64,000 nucleotides of DNA from Gemmatimonadota bacterium (GCA_963666735.1 OY762926.1:1760001-1824000), one strand, 5' to 3'; shown: positions 50,237 to 59,781, counted from the first letter of the stretch. Notes: a model not told the origin generated them from the letters alone. Numbers and translations: made by a program.

Positions 50237-50692
50237 TTACTCTACGGGGCGCGTGGCGGCGCGCTCGCGCACCGCATCCGGGGGCGCCGCGGTGATGATC
50301 CGACACGTGGGGCCGGTGGCCCGCGCGAGACGCCGGTCGAGCGTCAGCAGAGGGCACGAAAGCGTCTCGGCGAGGGCCACGTACCATCCGTCGTAGATGC
50401 TGAGGTTGTGGCGCAGTTCCCAGACGCGATCCGCGAGGGGTTCGAAGGGGAAGAGTTCGATCTCGAGCGCGAGTAGGTTTCGTTGGGCGAGACCGGCTTC
50501 CGAACTCTCGATCCGTTCGGCGAGCTCCAGGCGGCGAAGGACGTTGCTGGCCTCGGCGAGGGCGATCTGCGGACCGGCCAATGCACGGCCCTCGCGAGCT
50601 GCTTCCGCGATGACGGCTTCGGACCAGGCACCGTCCGGCCCGAGGTGGGCGACCGCCGCCGCAAGGACCGAGGCGTCAACGACAACCGTCAC
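50237..50692 (-). CDS. vapC: VapC family PIN-domain toxin
   Basis: VVVDAS, EASNVL, NLSIYD..YVALAE and LLTLDRRL, with four acidic residues. GTGA overlap with the antitoxin. Confidence 0.9.
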   Translation of the reverse strand: MTVVVDASVLAAAVAHLGPDGAWSEAVIAEAAREGRALAGPQIALAEASNVLRRLELAERIESSEAGLAQRNLLALEIELFPFEPLADRVWELRHNLSIYDGWYVALAETLSCPLLTLDRRLARATGPTCRIITAAPPDAVRERAATRPVE

Positions 50693-50925
50693 TTCCGGTC
50701 GGCGTCTCGCGCCTGCAGGATGCTCTCGGTGGTCACGCGATTGTTCGACAGCCGCTTGCGGGAGTGAACGTCCGCCAGCCACTCGTGAACGGCGGGTTTC
50801 GCCACCAGCCGCTTGAGTTCGGCGCGCAGATACCGCTGCATCGACTGGCCGCGAGAGGCCGCGCGAACCTTCAGCCGGTCACGCACTTCCTCGGGGATGT
50901 CTCGGATGGTGATTTGAACGCCCAT
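50689..50925 (-). CDS. Ribbon-helix-helix antitoxin (FitA/VapB-like)
   Basis: QITIRDIPEEVRDRLKVRAASRGQSMQ.YL; 78 aa; directly upstream of vapC. Confidence 0.85.
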   Translation of the reverse strand: MGVQITIRDIPEEVRDRLKVRAASRGQSMQRYLRAELKRLVAKPAVHEWLADVHSRKRLSNNRVTTESILQARDADRK

Positions 50926-50931
50926 GACATC

Positions 50932-50960
50932 ATTATGACATCAACAGCATCTTCTTGCAA
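50932..50960 (-). promoter_or_regulatory. Sigma-70 promoter giving a probable leaderless mRNA, with GATG(T/C) operator-like repeats
   Basis: Minus strand reads TTGCAA-17 nt-CATAAT-6 nt-ATG. There is no SD. TGATGTCAT occurs twice across the -10 and start. Confidence 0.7.
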
Positions 50961-51005
50961 GCAAACGCGTTCCCGCGGGAACGTCCCTCGGGCTCGCCGG
51001 ACGCC

Positions 51006-52385
51006 TCACGCGCCGAGCGCGGCGATCAGATCGGAGCGGGTGAGGATGCCGAACGTGCCGTCTTCCTCTCGCACGAGCACGGCGGGCTGCTCGCCGCGCA
51101 GTTGGCGCGCGAAGCCGTGGATGGGACTCGAGGCCTCGACCACCGGGAAGGGCGGCCCCATGAGATCCCGCACGAGGCGCCCGCGCGCGTCCGGGTCGCC
51201 CATGAGGGAGCGGAGGATGTCGAGTTCGGTGAGACTGCCGATGACCTCCTCCCCCTCCATCACCGGCACCTGGGAGATGCCGCGCTCCCGCATCGCCGCG
51301 ATCGCGTCGTCCAGCGACATGTCGGCCGGGGCCGAGACGAGCGCCTTACCGGTCGAACGGCGCCTGGCGAGCGCCCCCGCGGTGAGCGTCTCCGCCTCGT
51401 CGAGAAAGCCGTGCTCCTGCATCCAGACGTCGTTGTAGACCTTGCCCAGCGCGCGGTAGCCGCCGTCGGGCATAATCACAACCAGGACGGACTCGTCGTT
51501 GATCGCGTCCCGGTTCGCCTCCATCCACTGGAGGACGCCGGCCATCGCCATGCCGCACGAGCCGCCGAGGAACATCCCCTCCTCGCGCGCGAGACGGCGG
51601 GTCATGAGCATCGATTCCCTGTCCGTGACGCGCACGTAGTCGTCCACGATGTCGAAGTTCATGTTGCCCGCGAGGATGTCCTCCCCCACCCCTTCGGTGA
51701 CGTAGGGATAGATTTCGTCCTCGTCGAACTCCCCGGTGTGGAAATACTTCCAATAGACGGAGCCGTACGGGTCGACGCCGGTGATCCGGACCTCGGGGTT
51801 GCGCTCCTTGAGATAGGCGGCGGAGCCCGAGATCGTGCCGCCCGTGCCGGAGCCGACGAAGAGGTGCGTGATTCTCCCCTCCGTCCCCTCCCACAGCTCC
51901 GGACCCGTCGTCCGCAGGTGGGCGAGCGCGTTGGCCGGATTGTCGTACTGGTTCATGTAGAAGGAGTTGGGCGTCTCCTCCGCCAGCCGCCGCGAGACCT
52001 GGTAGTAGGAGCGCGGATCCTCGGGGGCGACCGCGGTGGGGCAGACAATGACTTCGGCGCCCAGCGCCCGCAGGATGGCGATCTTCTCGGGGCTCTGCTT
52101 GTCCGTCGTCGCGAAGATGCACCGGTAACCGCGCGCGATGGCGGCGAGCGCGAGGCCGACGCCGGTGTTCCCGCTCGTGCCCTCGACGATCGTGCCGCCG
52201 GGCCGGATCTCCCCCCGCGCCTCGGCATCATCGAGCATCGAGATCCCGATCCGGTCCTTGACGGAGCCGCCGGGGTTGAAGAACTCGAGCTTCGCGAGGA
52301 CGGTGCCGGGGAGGTGCGCGGCGAGGCGGTTCACGCGCACCAGGGGCGTGCCGCCGATCGTGCCCAGGATGTTCTCATGCCACAT
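51006..52385 (-). CDS. Cystathionine beta-synthase/cysteine synthase family PLP enzyme with C-terminal CBS pair
   Basis: IG.TPLV, KLE..NPGGSVKDR, EGTSGNTG, GTGGT, EG.G and GGS.G, followed by two CBS domains. Confidence 0.9.
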   Translation of the reverse strand: MWHENILGTIGGTPLVRVNRLAAHLPGTVLAKLEFFNPGGSVKDRIGISMLDDAEARGEIRPGGTIVEGTSGNTGVGLALAAIARGYRCIFATTDKQSPEKIAILRALGAEVIVCPTAVAPEDPRSYYQVSRRLAEETPNSFYMNQYDNPANALAHLRTTGPELWEGTEGRITHLFVGSGTGGTISGSAAYLKERNPEVRITGVDPYGSVYWKYFHTGEFDEDEIYPYVTEGVGEDILAGNMNFDIVDDYVRVTDRESMLMTRRLAREEGMFLGGSCGMAMAGVLQWMEANRDAINDESVLVVIMPDGGYRALGKVYNDVWMQEHGFLDEAETLTAGALARRRSTGKALVSAPADMSLDDAIAAMRERGISQVPVMEGEEVIGSLTELDILRSLMGDPDARGRLVRDLMGPPFPVVEASSPIHGFARQLRGEQPAVLVREEDGTFGILTRSDLIAALGA

Positions 52386-52390
52386 GGTTG

Positions 52391-53518
52391 CTACCCGGTC
52401 AGGTTGAAGAGACGGCTGTACTTGACCACGAGCTGGCGCTGCTTCGGTCCCGCCATGATGCCCGTGCGCTCGAGCGACCCGGTGTGATTGGTGTCGTTCC
52501 ACACGATGTATAACCCCGTGCCGGCCGTATCGAGCCATGCGAGCCGGACGTTGGTCCCGGTGTAGAACCCTCCGAGTGCCCATCCGACGGACAGCGAGAG
52601 GGGGGCGCCGCGATTCGTGTTCGCCCTGAACTCCCAGTCGAGCGTCAGGCTCTGGTTGAGGCCGATCTTGGCGTCGCCCCCGATCTGCCGGCCGAAGGCC
52701 ACGTCCGACGGCGTGACGCCGTAATCCCTGAAGCCGTCCACGAGCGCGTACGGACTGACGGTGACGGTCCGCCGGGCCGGGGCCTCCAGGGTGAGGGTGC
52801 CGGCGAGCGAGATCCGGTACACGTCGAACTGTCTGGGCAGGGGCGCCCACATCGACTGCTCGCTGTTGCGCCGGATTCTCCGCTCGAAGTTCAGGCCCCA
52901 GTCCTGCGCTCCCCCGGCGCCGTAGCGGAGGGTCGAGAAGGGGATCCGCATCTCGGCGAACCAGACGCGCTCGTCCCGGGTCGTGGCGACCTCCCACGAG
53001 CCGTCCCAGTTGAGGTTGAAACCGCCCGCCGAACCGCGCTGCTGGCGGCCGCCGCCCCGGCCGCCGCCCACGCCCTCGCCGGTGACCTGGCCGTCGTATT
53101 CGATCCCCGCGGGCGTGGTGCCGAAGACGAAGGCGTTCTGCCGGTCCAGGTAGGTGTCGAGCACGACGACGAAGGCGTCCGAGTCGTTGAGCGAGGCGTC
53201 GCGCCGCGTCTGGCCCGTGACGATGCCCGAGGGGTCTTCATCGAAGAGCCACGCGCCGATGTACAGGGCGGCGTCGTCGTGGCCGACCCGGACCTCCGTC
53301 GGCTGCGACACCGGCTGCCCCTCCGACGGCTCGCGCTGGGTGAAGCCCTCGAGCGGCTCGAGACCTGACCACGCGTCGTCGTCGAGCCGCCCGTCGATCA
53401 CCGGAGGCGCCGCGACCCGGGCGGCGCGCGCGAGGGGGGATTGCTGAGCGTGGAGCAAGGCGGGCGCCACGAGAACGGCGAGCATGATACGAACGGCGCT
53501 GCCACGAATCGGGCGCAT
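52391..53518 (-). pseudogene. CBM9-like/DUF5916 outer-membrane protein with large in-frame internal deletions (remnant or mini-gene)
   Basis: The N-terminal domain is intact (P.IDG.LDD..W, FN.NWDG.W, W.AE.RIPFSTLRY). GGDAKIG....LTLD then jumps directly to C-terminal barrel strands. Only 375 aa, and the ORF stays open. Confidence 0.6.
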
Positions 53519-53535
53519 GCGGACCCGTTCCCCTC

Positions 53536-54492
53536 TCAAGTGGCGGACCGCTGAGGAGACACGATCCCCCCGCGGATGGCGGCGATCGCGGGCGGGCCCA
53601 CGCGGCAGCACCCTCCGATGCCATCGGCTCCCGCGGCCCGCCATTCGACCGCGCGCCGCGCCCAGTCCAGGGGGTTCGCACCGCCGGTCCAGCGCTTCGC
53701 CTCCGCGTCCCAGACCTCCCCCGAGTTGGGGTAGACGAGGATCGGCTTCCCGGTCGCGCGGCGCGCCGCCCCGATGAGGGACACGGTGAGGGCCGGATCC
53801 GTGCAATTGACGCCGACCGCCACGACGTGCGGTTCCCCGTCGCACAGGGCGGCGGCGGTCTCCAGCGGCGTCCCGTCGGCGAGGTGCGCGCCGTCACGAC
53901 ACTGGAAGCTGATCCAGGTCGGAAAATGGGACACGGCCGTGAGCCGGCAGTAGGCGCGCGTCTCCTCCGCGGACGGGGTCGTCTCGCAGGCCATGAGGTC
54001 GGCCCCGGCCTCGGCCAGCACTTCCCAGCGCGGGGCGTGGAAGTCGTACAGGTCGGCCGCGGCGAGCCCGTAGTCGCCCCGGTACTCCGACCCGTCGGCG
54101 AGGAAGGCGCCGTAGGGGCCGACGCTCGCGGCGACGAGGGGTCGCGGACGGTCGGGCGGCTCCATGGCGCGGCCGGCCCGAAACTCGTCGCGCGCGGAGA
54201 GGGCGATCCGGACGGCCCGCCCGAGCAGGCGAGCCGTGTCGGCTGCGTCGAGCCCCCGGGCCGCGAAGCCCTCGAAGGTCGCCTGGTAGGTCGCGGTGGC
54301 GATGCAGTCGGCGCCCGCCTCGAGGAAGCGGCGGTGCGCGGTGCGGATCACGTCCGGCGCGTCGATGAGGGCGCGGGCGGACCACAGAGCGTCCTTGAGA
54401 TCGCAGCCGAGCGCCTCGAGTTCCGTCGCCAGGCCGCCATCGAGGACGATGAAGCCCTTCCGCTCGATAAAGTCGCGGACCGGATCGGTCAA
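53536..54492 (-). CDS. mmuM: Homocysteine S-methyltransferase
   Basis: LDGGLATELE, LWSA, F..AGAD...TATYQA, SVGPYGA.LADGSEY.G.Y, GVNC, YPNSGE and IGGCCR. Confidence 0.92.
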   Translation of the reverse strand: MTDPVRDFIERKGFIVLDGGLATELEALGCDLKDALWSARALIDAPDVIRTAHRRFLEAGADCIATATYQATFEGFAARGLDAADTARLLGRAVRIALSARDEFRAGRAMEPPDRPRPLVAASVGPYGAFLADGSEYRGDYGLAAADLYDFHAPRWEVLAEAGADLMACETTPSAEETRAYCRLTAVSHFPTWISFQCRDGAHLADGTPLETAAALCDGEPHVVAVGVNCTDPALTVSLIGAARRATGKPILVYPNSGEVWDAEAKRWTGGANPLDWARRAVEWRAAGADGIGGCCRVGPPAIAAIRGGIVSPQRSAT

Positions 54493-55451
54493 AGCTGGTC
54501 CGGGTCGAGCATGATCGAGAACCCCTCGAACACGAACTCGACCCCGCCGTCCTGAAGCCGGTTGCCCAGGGCGATGCCCTCGAACATGGCGTCCAGGGCA
54601 TCGGTCAGCTCAAGCAGCCGGGAGGGCTGTGCGACCGGCGTGTTGTGGGCCGTGAACAGCATCGTCAGCTCGGGTACGAGCTCGGCGAGCCGGGCCATCG
54701 AACTCCGGTACGCCACCAGATCGGTCTCGGGCGCGAAGAGCCAGATCGGACCCTCGTAGAATGAATCCCCCGTCCACAGGAAGCCGGCTTCGCGGTCGAG
54801 GAGGGCGATCGCGTCGGGCGTGTGGCCGGGGACGGCGACGACTTCGAGCGTGCGTCCGCCCAGGTCGAGCCGGTGTCCATCGTCGATGAAGGCGGCGACC
54901 TCGAAGGCGGGCGTGTGGTAGTTGTCCTCCGTGATCCCCGCGGGCAGGGCCCGGCAGAGCGCGCTCGCGGCCACCTCTCCCCGCACCTCGCGGTTCGTGC
55001 GGCCGCGGGCGCGCGTGCGGGTGAACTCCGTGTCCATGGCGAGCACTCGTTCGAAGGCCGCGTTGCCACCGACGTGGTCCATGTGCGTGTGCGAGTTGAG
55101 GACGGCCACGGGCAGCGTCGTGAGTGCGTCCACGACGGCGCGGATGCGGCCGATCCCCATCCCCGTGTCGAACAGGACGGCGCCCGCGTCACCCAGGATC
55201 AGGTAGGAGATGACCTCCTGGAACTGGAACGGCTCGTAGATCGCGTACACGCGCGGCGCGGCGCGAAAGACTTCGAACCAGTCGTCCGCGGCCTCGGCGC
55301 GCTCCAGCTCGGCGTACTGCGAGCGGGGCACGTTCGAGCAGAACCCCGCCGTCGCCGCACGCGACTCGGCAGCGGATTCGCCGCCGGGCGCGCAGGCGAA
55401 GGCGCCTCCGGCCAGCGCCGCCGCCGCCAGCCGGAGAATCGCCGCACGCAC
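54489..55451 (-). CDS. MBL-fold metallo-hydrolase, lipoprotein
   Basis: DTGMG, SHTHMDHVGG, PGHT, TGD and AH; signal peptide ending AFAC. Confidence 0.85.
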   Translation of the reverse strand: MRAAILRLAAAALAGGAFACAPGGESAAESRAATAGFCSNVPRSQYAELERAEAADDWFEVFRAAPRVYAIYEPFQFQEVISYLILGDAGAVLFDTGMGIGRIRAVVDALTTLPVAVLNSHTHMDHVGGNAAFERVLAMDTEFTRTRARGRTNREVRGEVAASALCRALPAGITEDNYHTPAFEVAAFIDDGHRLDLGGRTLEVVAVPGHTPDAIALLDREAGFLWTGDSFYEGPIWLFAPETDLVAYRSSMARLAELVPELTMLFTAHNTPVAQPSRLLELTDALDAMFEGIALGNRLQDGGVEFVFEGFSIMLDPDQL

Positions 55452-55456
55452 GGTCG

Positions 55457-58400
55457 CTATCCGTCCTGGTCCGTCGTGATGACGCGCCCCACCCTCGCCT
55501 GGAGCATCTGGTTGAACTCCGCGAGTTCGCCGGCGAGGACCGCCTGCAGCCGCACCGCCACCTCGTCGATCCGGTCGCTGAGGATCTGCGCCACCTCGGC
55601 GTGCTGGTCCGTGGGCGGGAAGTCCGCCGTGCCGACCGTGCGCTGGAGGTAGGACAGGCGGCCGCCGATCATCGAGGGCCAGCGCACGCCGTCGGGCCCG
55701 GTGTTCTTCAGCTGCACGAGTTCACCCTCCACCTCGATGAGCGACGCGTCGAGCGCCTCTCCCGCCGCGAGGATATCCTCGGCGTCCCCGGCGTCTTCCA
55801 GCACGGGTCGCAGATCGTAAATCTGGCGGCGCAGCAGTTCGATCTGGTTGACGATGCCGGCGACCCGGTTCCGGTCCTCGACGATGTCGTCGAGCAGCGC
55901 CTTCTGGGCCAGGATGTCCGCCATCGAACCCTCGGCGTTCGGGTCGCGGAGGACCGTCAGCTCCTCGGACCCCACGTCCTCGCCGTCCACTACCAGAGTG
56001 ACCGTGTAGGTTCCCGGCGGCTGCCGAGGCCCGCCGCCGCCGCCGAAGAAGCCGCCCCCGACCTGGCGGGAGACCTCGGGCATCGGCATCCAGTCCGCGA
56101 ACTGCGGCTTCGTCCGGTACTCGACCGGCTTCGCGTCCGGCCCCCGGAAGTTCCACCACACGCGGTTGAACCCGTCGTGGGTCGACCCGTCCAGGGTGGC
56201 GAGCGTCTCGCCCTCCGCGTTCTCGACCCGGACCTTCACTTCGCGCCCCTCCCCGCCGCCGAGCCAGTAGTTGATCGACGCCCCGTTGGGCGGGTTCTCG
56301 CCCACGGACCAGTCCTCGTACATCACCTGGGGTTCGGAGATGTCGTTGAAGCGGTACGCGTCGCGCGGCGCGAACAGGTGCGCGCCGGAGGCCGCGACCT
56401 CCGGCGTGAGCTGCTGCACGGGGCTCAGGTCGTCGAGGATCCAGTAGCCGCGCCCGTACGTCCCCGCCACGAAGTCGTTGAAGTGCTCCTGGATGATGAG
56501 GCCGTAGTACGGCGTCGGCGGGAGGTTCGGCATGAAGAGCTGCCAACTCTCCCCGTCGTCGTAGCTGATGTAGACGTTCGTCTCCGTGCCGAGGTAGAGG
56601 AGACCCGGCCGCACCGGGTCCTCGAGCAGGTAGCGGGTGTAGTCGACCGGATAGTTGTCGACCCCGTTCGTGATCTGCGTCCACGTCTCCCCGAAGTCGT
56701 CCGTCCTGTAGGCGCGCGCGTCGAAGTCGCCGACCTGGTGGTGCTCGATCGTGATGTACGCCTTGGCGACGTCGAAGCGTGAAGCGTCGATGCTCCGCAC
56801 GATCCCGTCGGGCGGCAGGTTCGGGATGTTCCCGGTGACGTTGGTCCATGTCGCGCCGTCATCGCGGCTCACCTGCACGAGGCCGTCGTTCGTGCCGGCC
56901 CAGAAGACGCCCTGCTGGATGGGCGACTCGTCGAAGGCGTAGATCACGCAGCAGAACTCGACGCCGATGTTGTCGGGCGTGAGCCCGCCGGAGATCGTCA
57001 TCTTCGAGCGGTCGTTCGTCGACAGGTCCGGGCTGATGACCTCCCAGCTCTGGCCCCGGTTGCGCGTGCGGTGCACGTGCTGGCTCGTGACGTAGATCGT
57101 CTCGTTGTCGTGCGGCGAAATGAGGAGGGGGAAGGTCCACTGGAAGCGGTAGCGGATCTCCTCCGCGGGATACCCCATCGTGGACTCGGGCCACACTTCC
57201 ACATCGCGGAACTGGCCGCGCTCGCGGTCGTGCCGCACGACGATGCCGCCGACGGCGCCGGCCCCGGAGGCGCTCGACCACACGATGTTCGGGTCCGTCG
57301 GATCGGGGGTCGCGAAGCCGCTCTCGCCGCCGCCCACGGTCGTCCAGTCGCCGCGCGGGATGAGTCCGCGCGCCCAGAAGCCGGTGTAGCGGGTGTTCGA
57401 CGGCCCGTGGTAGGAGGGCCCGTCCTGCCGGTTCCCCATCACGTTATAGGGAATCTCGTTGTCCACCGTGACATGGTACATCTGCGCGATGGGAAGCTGC
57501 ATGCGGGACCAGGACCGCATCCGGTTCTCCGTGATCGCCACGCCGCTGTCGCCGCCGATGAAGACGCGGTCCGCGTTGGTCGGGTCGACCCAGATGTCGT
57601 GCAGATCCCACCCTGGAGCCGCCGGGTCGCCGCCGGGGGGGCCGCCGCCGAGGAAGTTGAACATCTCGTACGTCGCGCCCCCGTCACGGCTCACGCTGAA
57701 GCTCGAGGAGAGGAAGTAGAGCTCGTCGCGGTCATCGGAGGAGACGCCGCAGCGGGTGTAGTAGGCCTGCCGGGAGGCGAGGTTGTGGCTGTAGTTCACG
57801 AGGCGCCACGCGCGGCCGCCGTCGTCGCTGCTCCACAACTCGCCCGTGTCGGTTTCGTAGCCCTCCATCGGCACGCCGTCGCTCGTCTCGATGAGGGCGT
57901 AAACGCGGTCGGAATCCGAGTGGGACATGCAGACGGCGATCTTCCCGAGCGTCCCCGTGGGGAGTCCGTTTCCCTCGAGTTCGGTCCAGGTGTCGCCGCC
58001 GTCCATCGTGAGGTGGAGCCCGCTCCCCGGGCCTCCGCTGTCGCGCTTCCACGTCTTGAGATCGATGTCCCACATCGTGGCGAAGATCTTCCGCGGGTTC
58101 GCCGGGTCCATGACCATGTCGTAGGCACCCGTCCCGCGGTCCGCGAACAGGACCCTCTCCCACGAGGCGCCGCCGTCGGTGGTGCGGTACACGCCGCGCT
58201 CGTCGGACTCCGCGTAGGCGTGCCCGAGCGCCGCGACGTAGACGATGTCCGCGTCGCGGGGGTGGATCAGGATGCGGCCCACCCGGCCGGTGCCCTCGAG
58301 CCCCATGTGGGTCCAGCTCTCGCCGCCATCGGTCGACTTCCAGACTCCGTTGCCGATCGAGACGTTGGAGCGGATCGAGGTCTCGCCCGTCCCCGCCCAC

Positions 58401-58708
58401 ACCACCGCGTGGTCGCTCGGGGCCACGGCGAGGGCGCCGATCGAGTGTACGGGCTGGTCGTCGAACACGGGCCGCCAGTGCAGCCCGGCGTCGTCCGTCT
58501 TCCAGATGCCGCCGGTCGCGGCGCCGGCGAAGTACGTGTTGCGGTCGCCCGGCACGCCGGCCACCGAGGAGACGCGGTTGCCAACCGGTCCGATGTGGCG
58601 CGCCCGCAGCCCCTCGTACTGCTCGGGGACGAGCTGCTGCGCGTCCAGCGGCACGACGGCCGCGAGGGCGAGGGCGAGACTGCTGGAGAAGCGGCGAACG
58701 TTGGACAT
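55457..58708 (-). CDS. Secreted BNR/Asp-box (VPS10/sortilin-like) beta-propeller protein
   Basis: Many S/T.DGG.(T/S)W Asp-boxes, R.IGP..R and a C-terminal helical tail. Confidence 0.85.
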   Translation of the reverse strand: MSNVRRFSSSLALALAAVVPLDAQQLVPEQYEGLRARHIGPVGNRVSSVAGVPGDRNTYFAGAATGGIWKTDDAGLHWRPVFDDQPVHSIGALAVAPSDHAVVWAGTGETSIRSNVSIGNGVWKSTDGGESWTHMGLEGTGRVGRILIHPRDADIVYVAALGHAYAESDERGVYRTTDGGASWERVLFADRGTGAYDMVMDPANPRKIFATMWDIDLKTWKRDSGGPGSGLHLTMDGGDTWTELEGNGLPTGTLGKIAVCMSHSDSDRVYALIETSDGVPMEGYETDTGELWSSDDGGRAWRLVNYSHNLASRQAYYTRCGVSSDDRDELYFLSSSFSVSRDGGATYEMFNFLGGGPPGGDPAAPGWDLHDIWVDPTNADRVFIGGDSGVAITENRMRSWSRMQLPIAQMYHVTVDNEIPYNVMGNRQDGPSYHGPSNTRYTGFWARGLIPRGDWTTVGGGESGFATPDPTDPNIVWSSASGAGAVGGIVVRHDRERGQFRDVEVWPESTMGYPAEEIRYRFQWTFPLLISPHDNETIYVTSQHVHRTRNRGQSWEVISPDLSTNDRSKMTISGGLTPDNIGVEFCCVIYAFDESPIQQGVFWAGTNDGLVQVSRDDGATWTNVTGNIPNLPPDGIVRSIDASRFDVAKAYITIEHHQVGDFDARAYRTDDFGETWTQITNGVDNYPVDYTRYLLEDPVRPGLLYLGTETNVYISYDDGESWQLFMPNLPPTPYYGLIIQEHFNDFVAGTYGRGYWILDDLSPVQQLTPEVAASGAHLFAPRDAYRFNDISEPQVMYEDWSVGENPPNGASINYWLGGGEGREVKVRVENAEGETLATLDGSTHDGFNRVWWNFRGPDAKPVEYRTKPQFADWMPMPEVSRQVGGGFFGGGGGPRQPPGTYTVTLVVDGEDVGSEELTVLRDPNAEGSMADILAQKALLDDIVEDRNRVAGIVNQIELLRRQIYDLRPVLEDAGDAEDILAAGEALDASLIEVEGELVQLKNTGPDGVRWPSMIGGRLSYLQRTVGTADFPPTDQHAEVAQILSDRIDEVAVRLQAVLAGELAEFNQMLQARVGRVITTDQDG

Positions 58709-58811
58709 GGCTCTCTGCCTCGTGAAGCGGGTCATTTGAGCGAGGAAACGTGCGGAGAAGAAGGGGCGCGGACCAGAGCCCGGGTTTCTTGGTTCAGGCT
58801 CGACGCCAACG

Positions 58812-59678
58812 TCAATCAGGGTCGCGGACATCCCCGGATGCTTCGTCAACCGCAGCGTCCCCATCCGGGTTTGTGGCTGTTGAGAGCCCCTTCCAGAAAC
58901 CGGCACGGATCTGGCGTTTGGTGTTCTCGGGAAGTGGGTCTCCTAAACGGTTCGCGGCCTCCTTGATCAGCCATACATCGATTAACCGCGGGATTCGCGG
59001 CCGGTGTGCCAGGATTCCTGCAACCGCTTCCGCGTCGCGCGCACTTCGAATGGCCCAACCACATGCTTCGCCAAAACTGGTCGCTGTTGCGTCCGTAGCG
59101 ATGTTCACCGGTATGTGGCGGTGAGCCTCGTCGGCCTTCCCTGCGTGTCGTGAGATGAATCGAGTGCAATCGTTGCGCGATAACGTGATCAGGTCATCGA
59201 CTTCCCGAACGAGCGTCGCTGCCTGATTGGCTCTCCTCGGTAGGGGTTCTATCCCAAGGAGGACCACGGAGACCCCGAACTCTTGCGCCTCGACGACGCC
59301 TTCCCGCACGTCCTCATCTCCGCTCATCAGGTATGCCGTGCGTACAGCTCCGTTCCGGGACAGTACGATGAGGTCCCGCACGATGCGGGAGTCTACCCCT
59401 TTCTGACCGTGTTTCGTCAGGCGACCCAAGCGAAGCTTGACCCCCTGCTGTCCGCCGATGTGCAACTGGTCGTCGGTAGGAACGGCATCCGGTGCGGCAT
59501 CGTACCAGTAGGTTCTGAGATGCACCTGCTTCGCATGGCTATCGCAGCGTGTCCTCAAGAGCACGGTCGCCTTCTCGGGGTGGAGGATCAGGTCAGCTCG
59601 ACGGCTGGTACCGAAACATAGATCCCCGGCAGCTGCAAGAAGATACCCGGCGTCAATGAAGATCGCGTACCGGTCCAT
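58812..59678 (-). CDS. NYN domain (LabA/DUF88 PIN-like) putative ribonuclease
   Basis: AIFIDAGY, YWYDA, QKGVD..I..DL, L.SGD.D and L..E.D. Preceded by an AGGAGG SD. Visibly more A/T-rich codons than its neighbours. Confidence 0.88.
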   Translation of the reverse strand: MDRYAIFIDAGYLLAAAGDLCFGTSRRADLILHPEKATVLLRTRCDSHAKQVHLRTYWYDAAPDAVPTDDQLHIGGQQGVKLRLGRLTKHGQKGVDSRIVRDLIVLSRNGAVRTAYLMSGDEDVREGVVEAQEFGVSVVLLGIEPLPRRANQAATLVREVDDLITLSRNDCTRFISRHAGKADEAHRHIPVNIATDATATSFGEACGWAIRSARDAEAVAGILAHRPRIPRLIDVWLIKEAANRLGDPLPENTKRQIRAGFWKGLSTATNPDGDAAVDEASGDVRDPD

Positions 59679-59704
59679 CCGATCGATCCCTCCTGCGAAA
59701 AGCG

Positions 59705-59739
59705 AAAAAAAACGGGCCCCCGCCAAAAGGCGGGGACCC
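59705..59739 (-). terminator. Intrinsic terminator immediately upstream of the NYN gene
   Basis: Minus strand GGGTCCCCGCC-TTTT-GGCGGGGGCCC-G-TTTTTTTT: an 11-bp stem with one G-U pair, followed by U8. Confidence 0.85.
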
Positions 59740-59781
59740 CAAGATCAGGGCCGCAGAGGCCCCAGTCCAAAACAACTAGTG
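59705..59781 (-). ncRNA. Putative ~75-nt two-hairpin leader or small RNA
   Basis: Lies between the predicted promoter and the terminator. Hairpin 1 is GGACTGGGGCC-TCTGC-GGCCCTGATCT (59742-59768); hairpin 2 is the terminator. Confidence 0.45.

Noticed and set aside
48340..51005. Integrative element or prophage at tRNA-Arg
   Set aside because: I found no integrase and no duplicated tRNA 3' end (attR), and ybaN lies between the tRNA and the accessory genes.
54489..55451. Metallo-beta-lactamase resistance gene
   Set aside because: Only the generic HxHxDH fold motif is visible; nothing supports beta-lactamase specificity.
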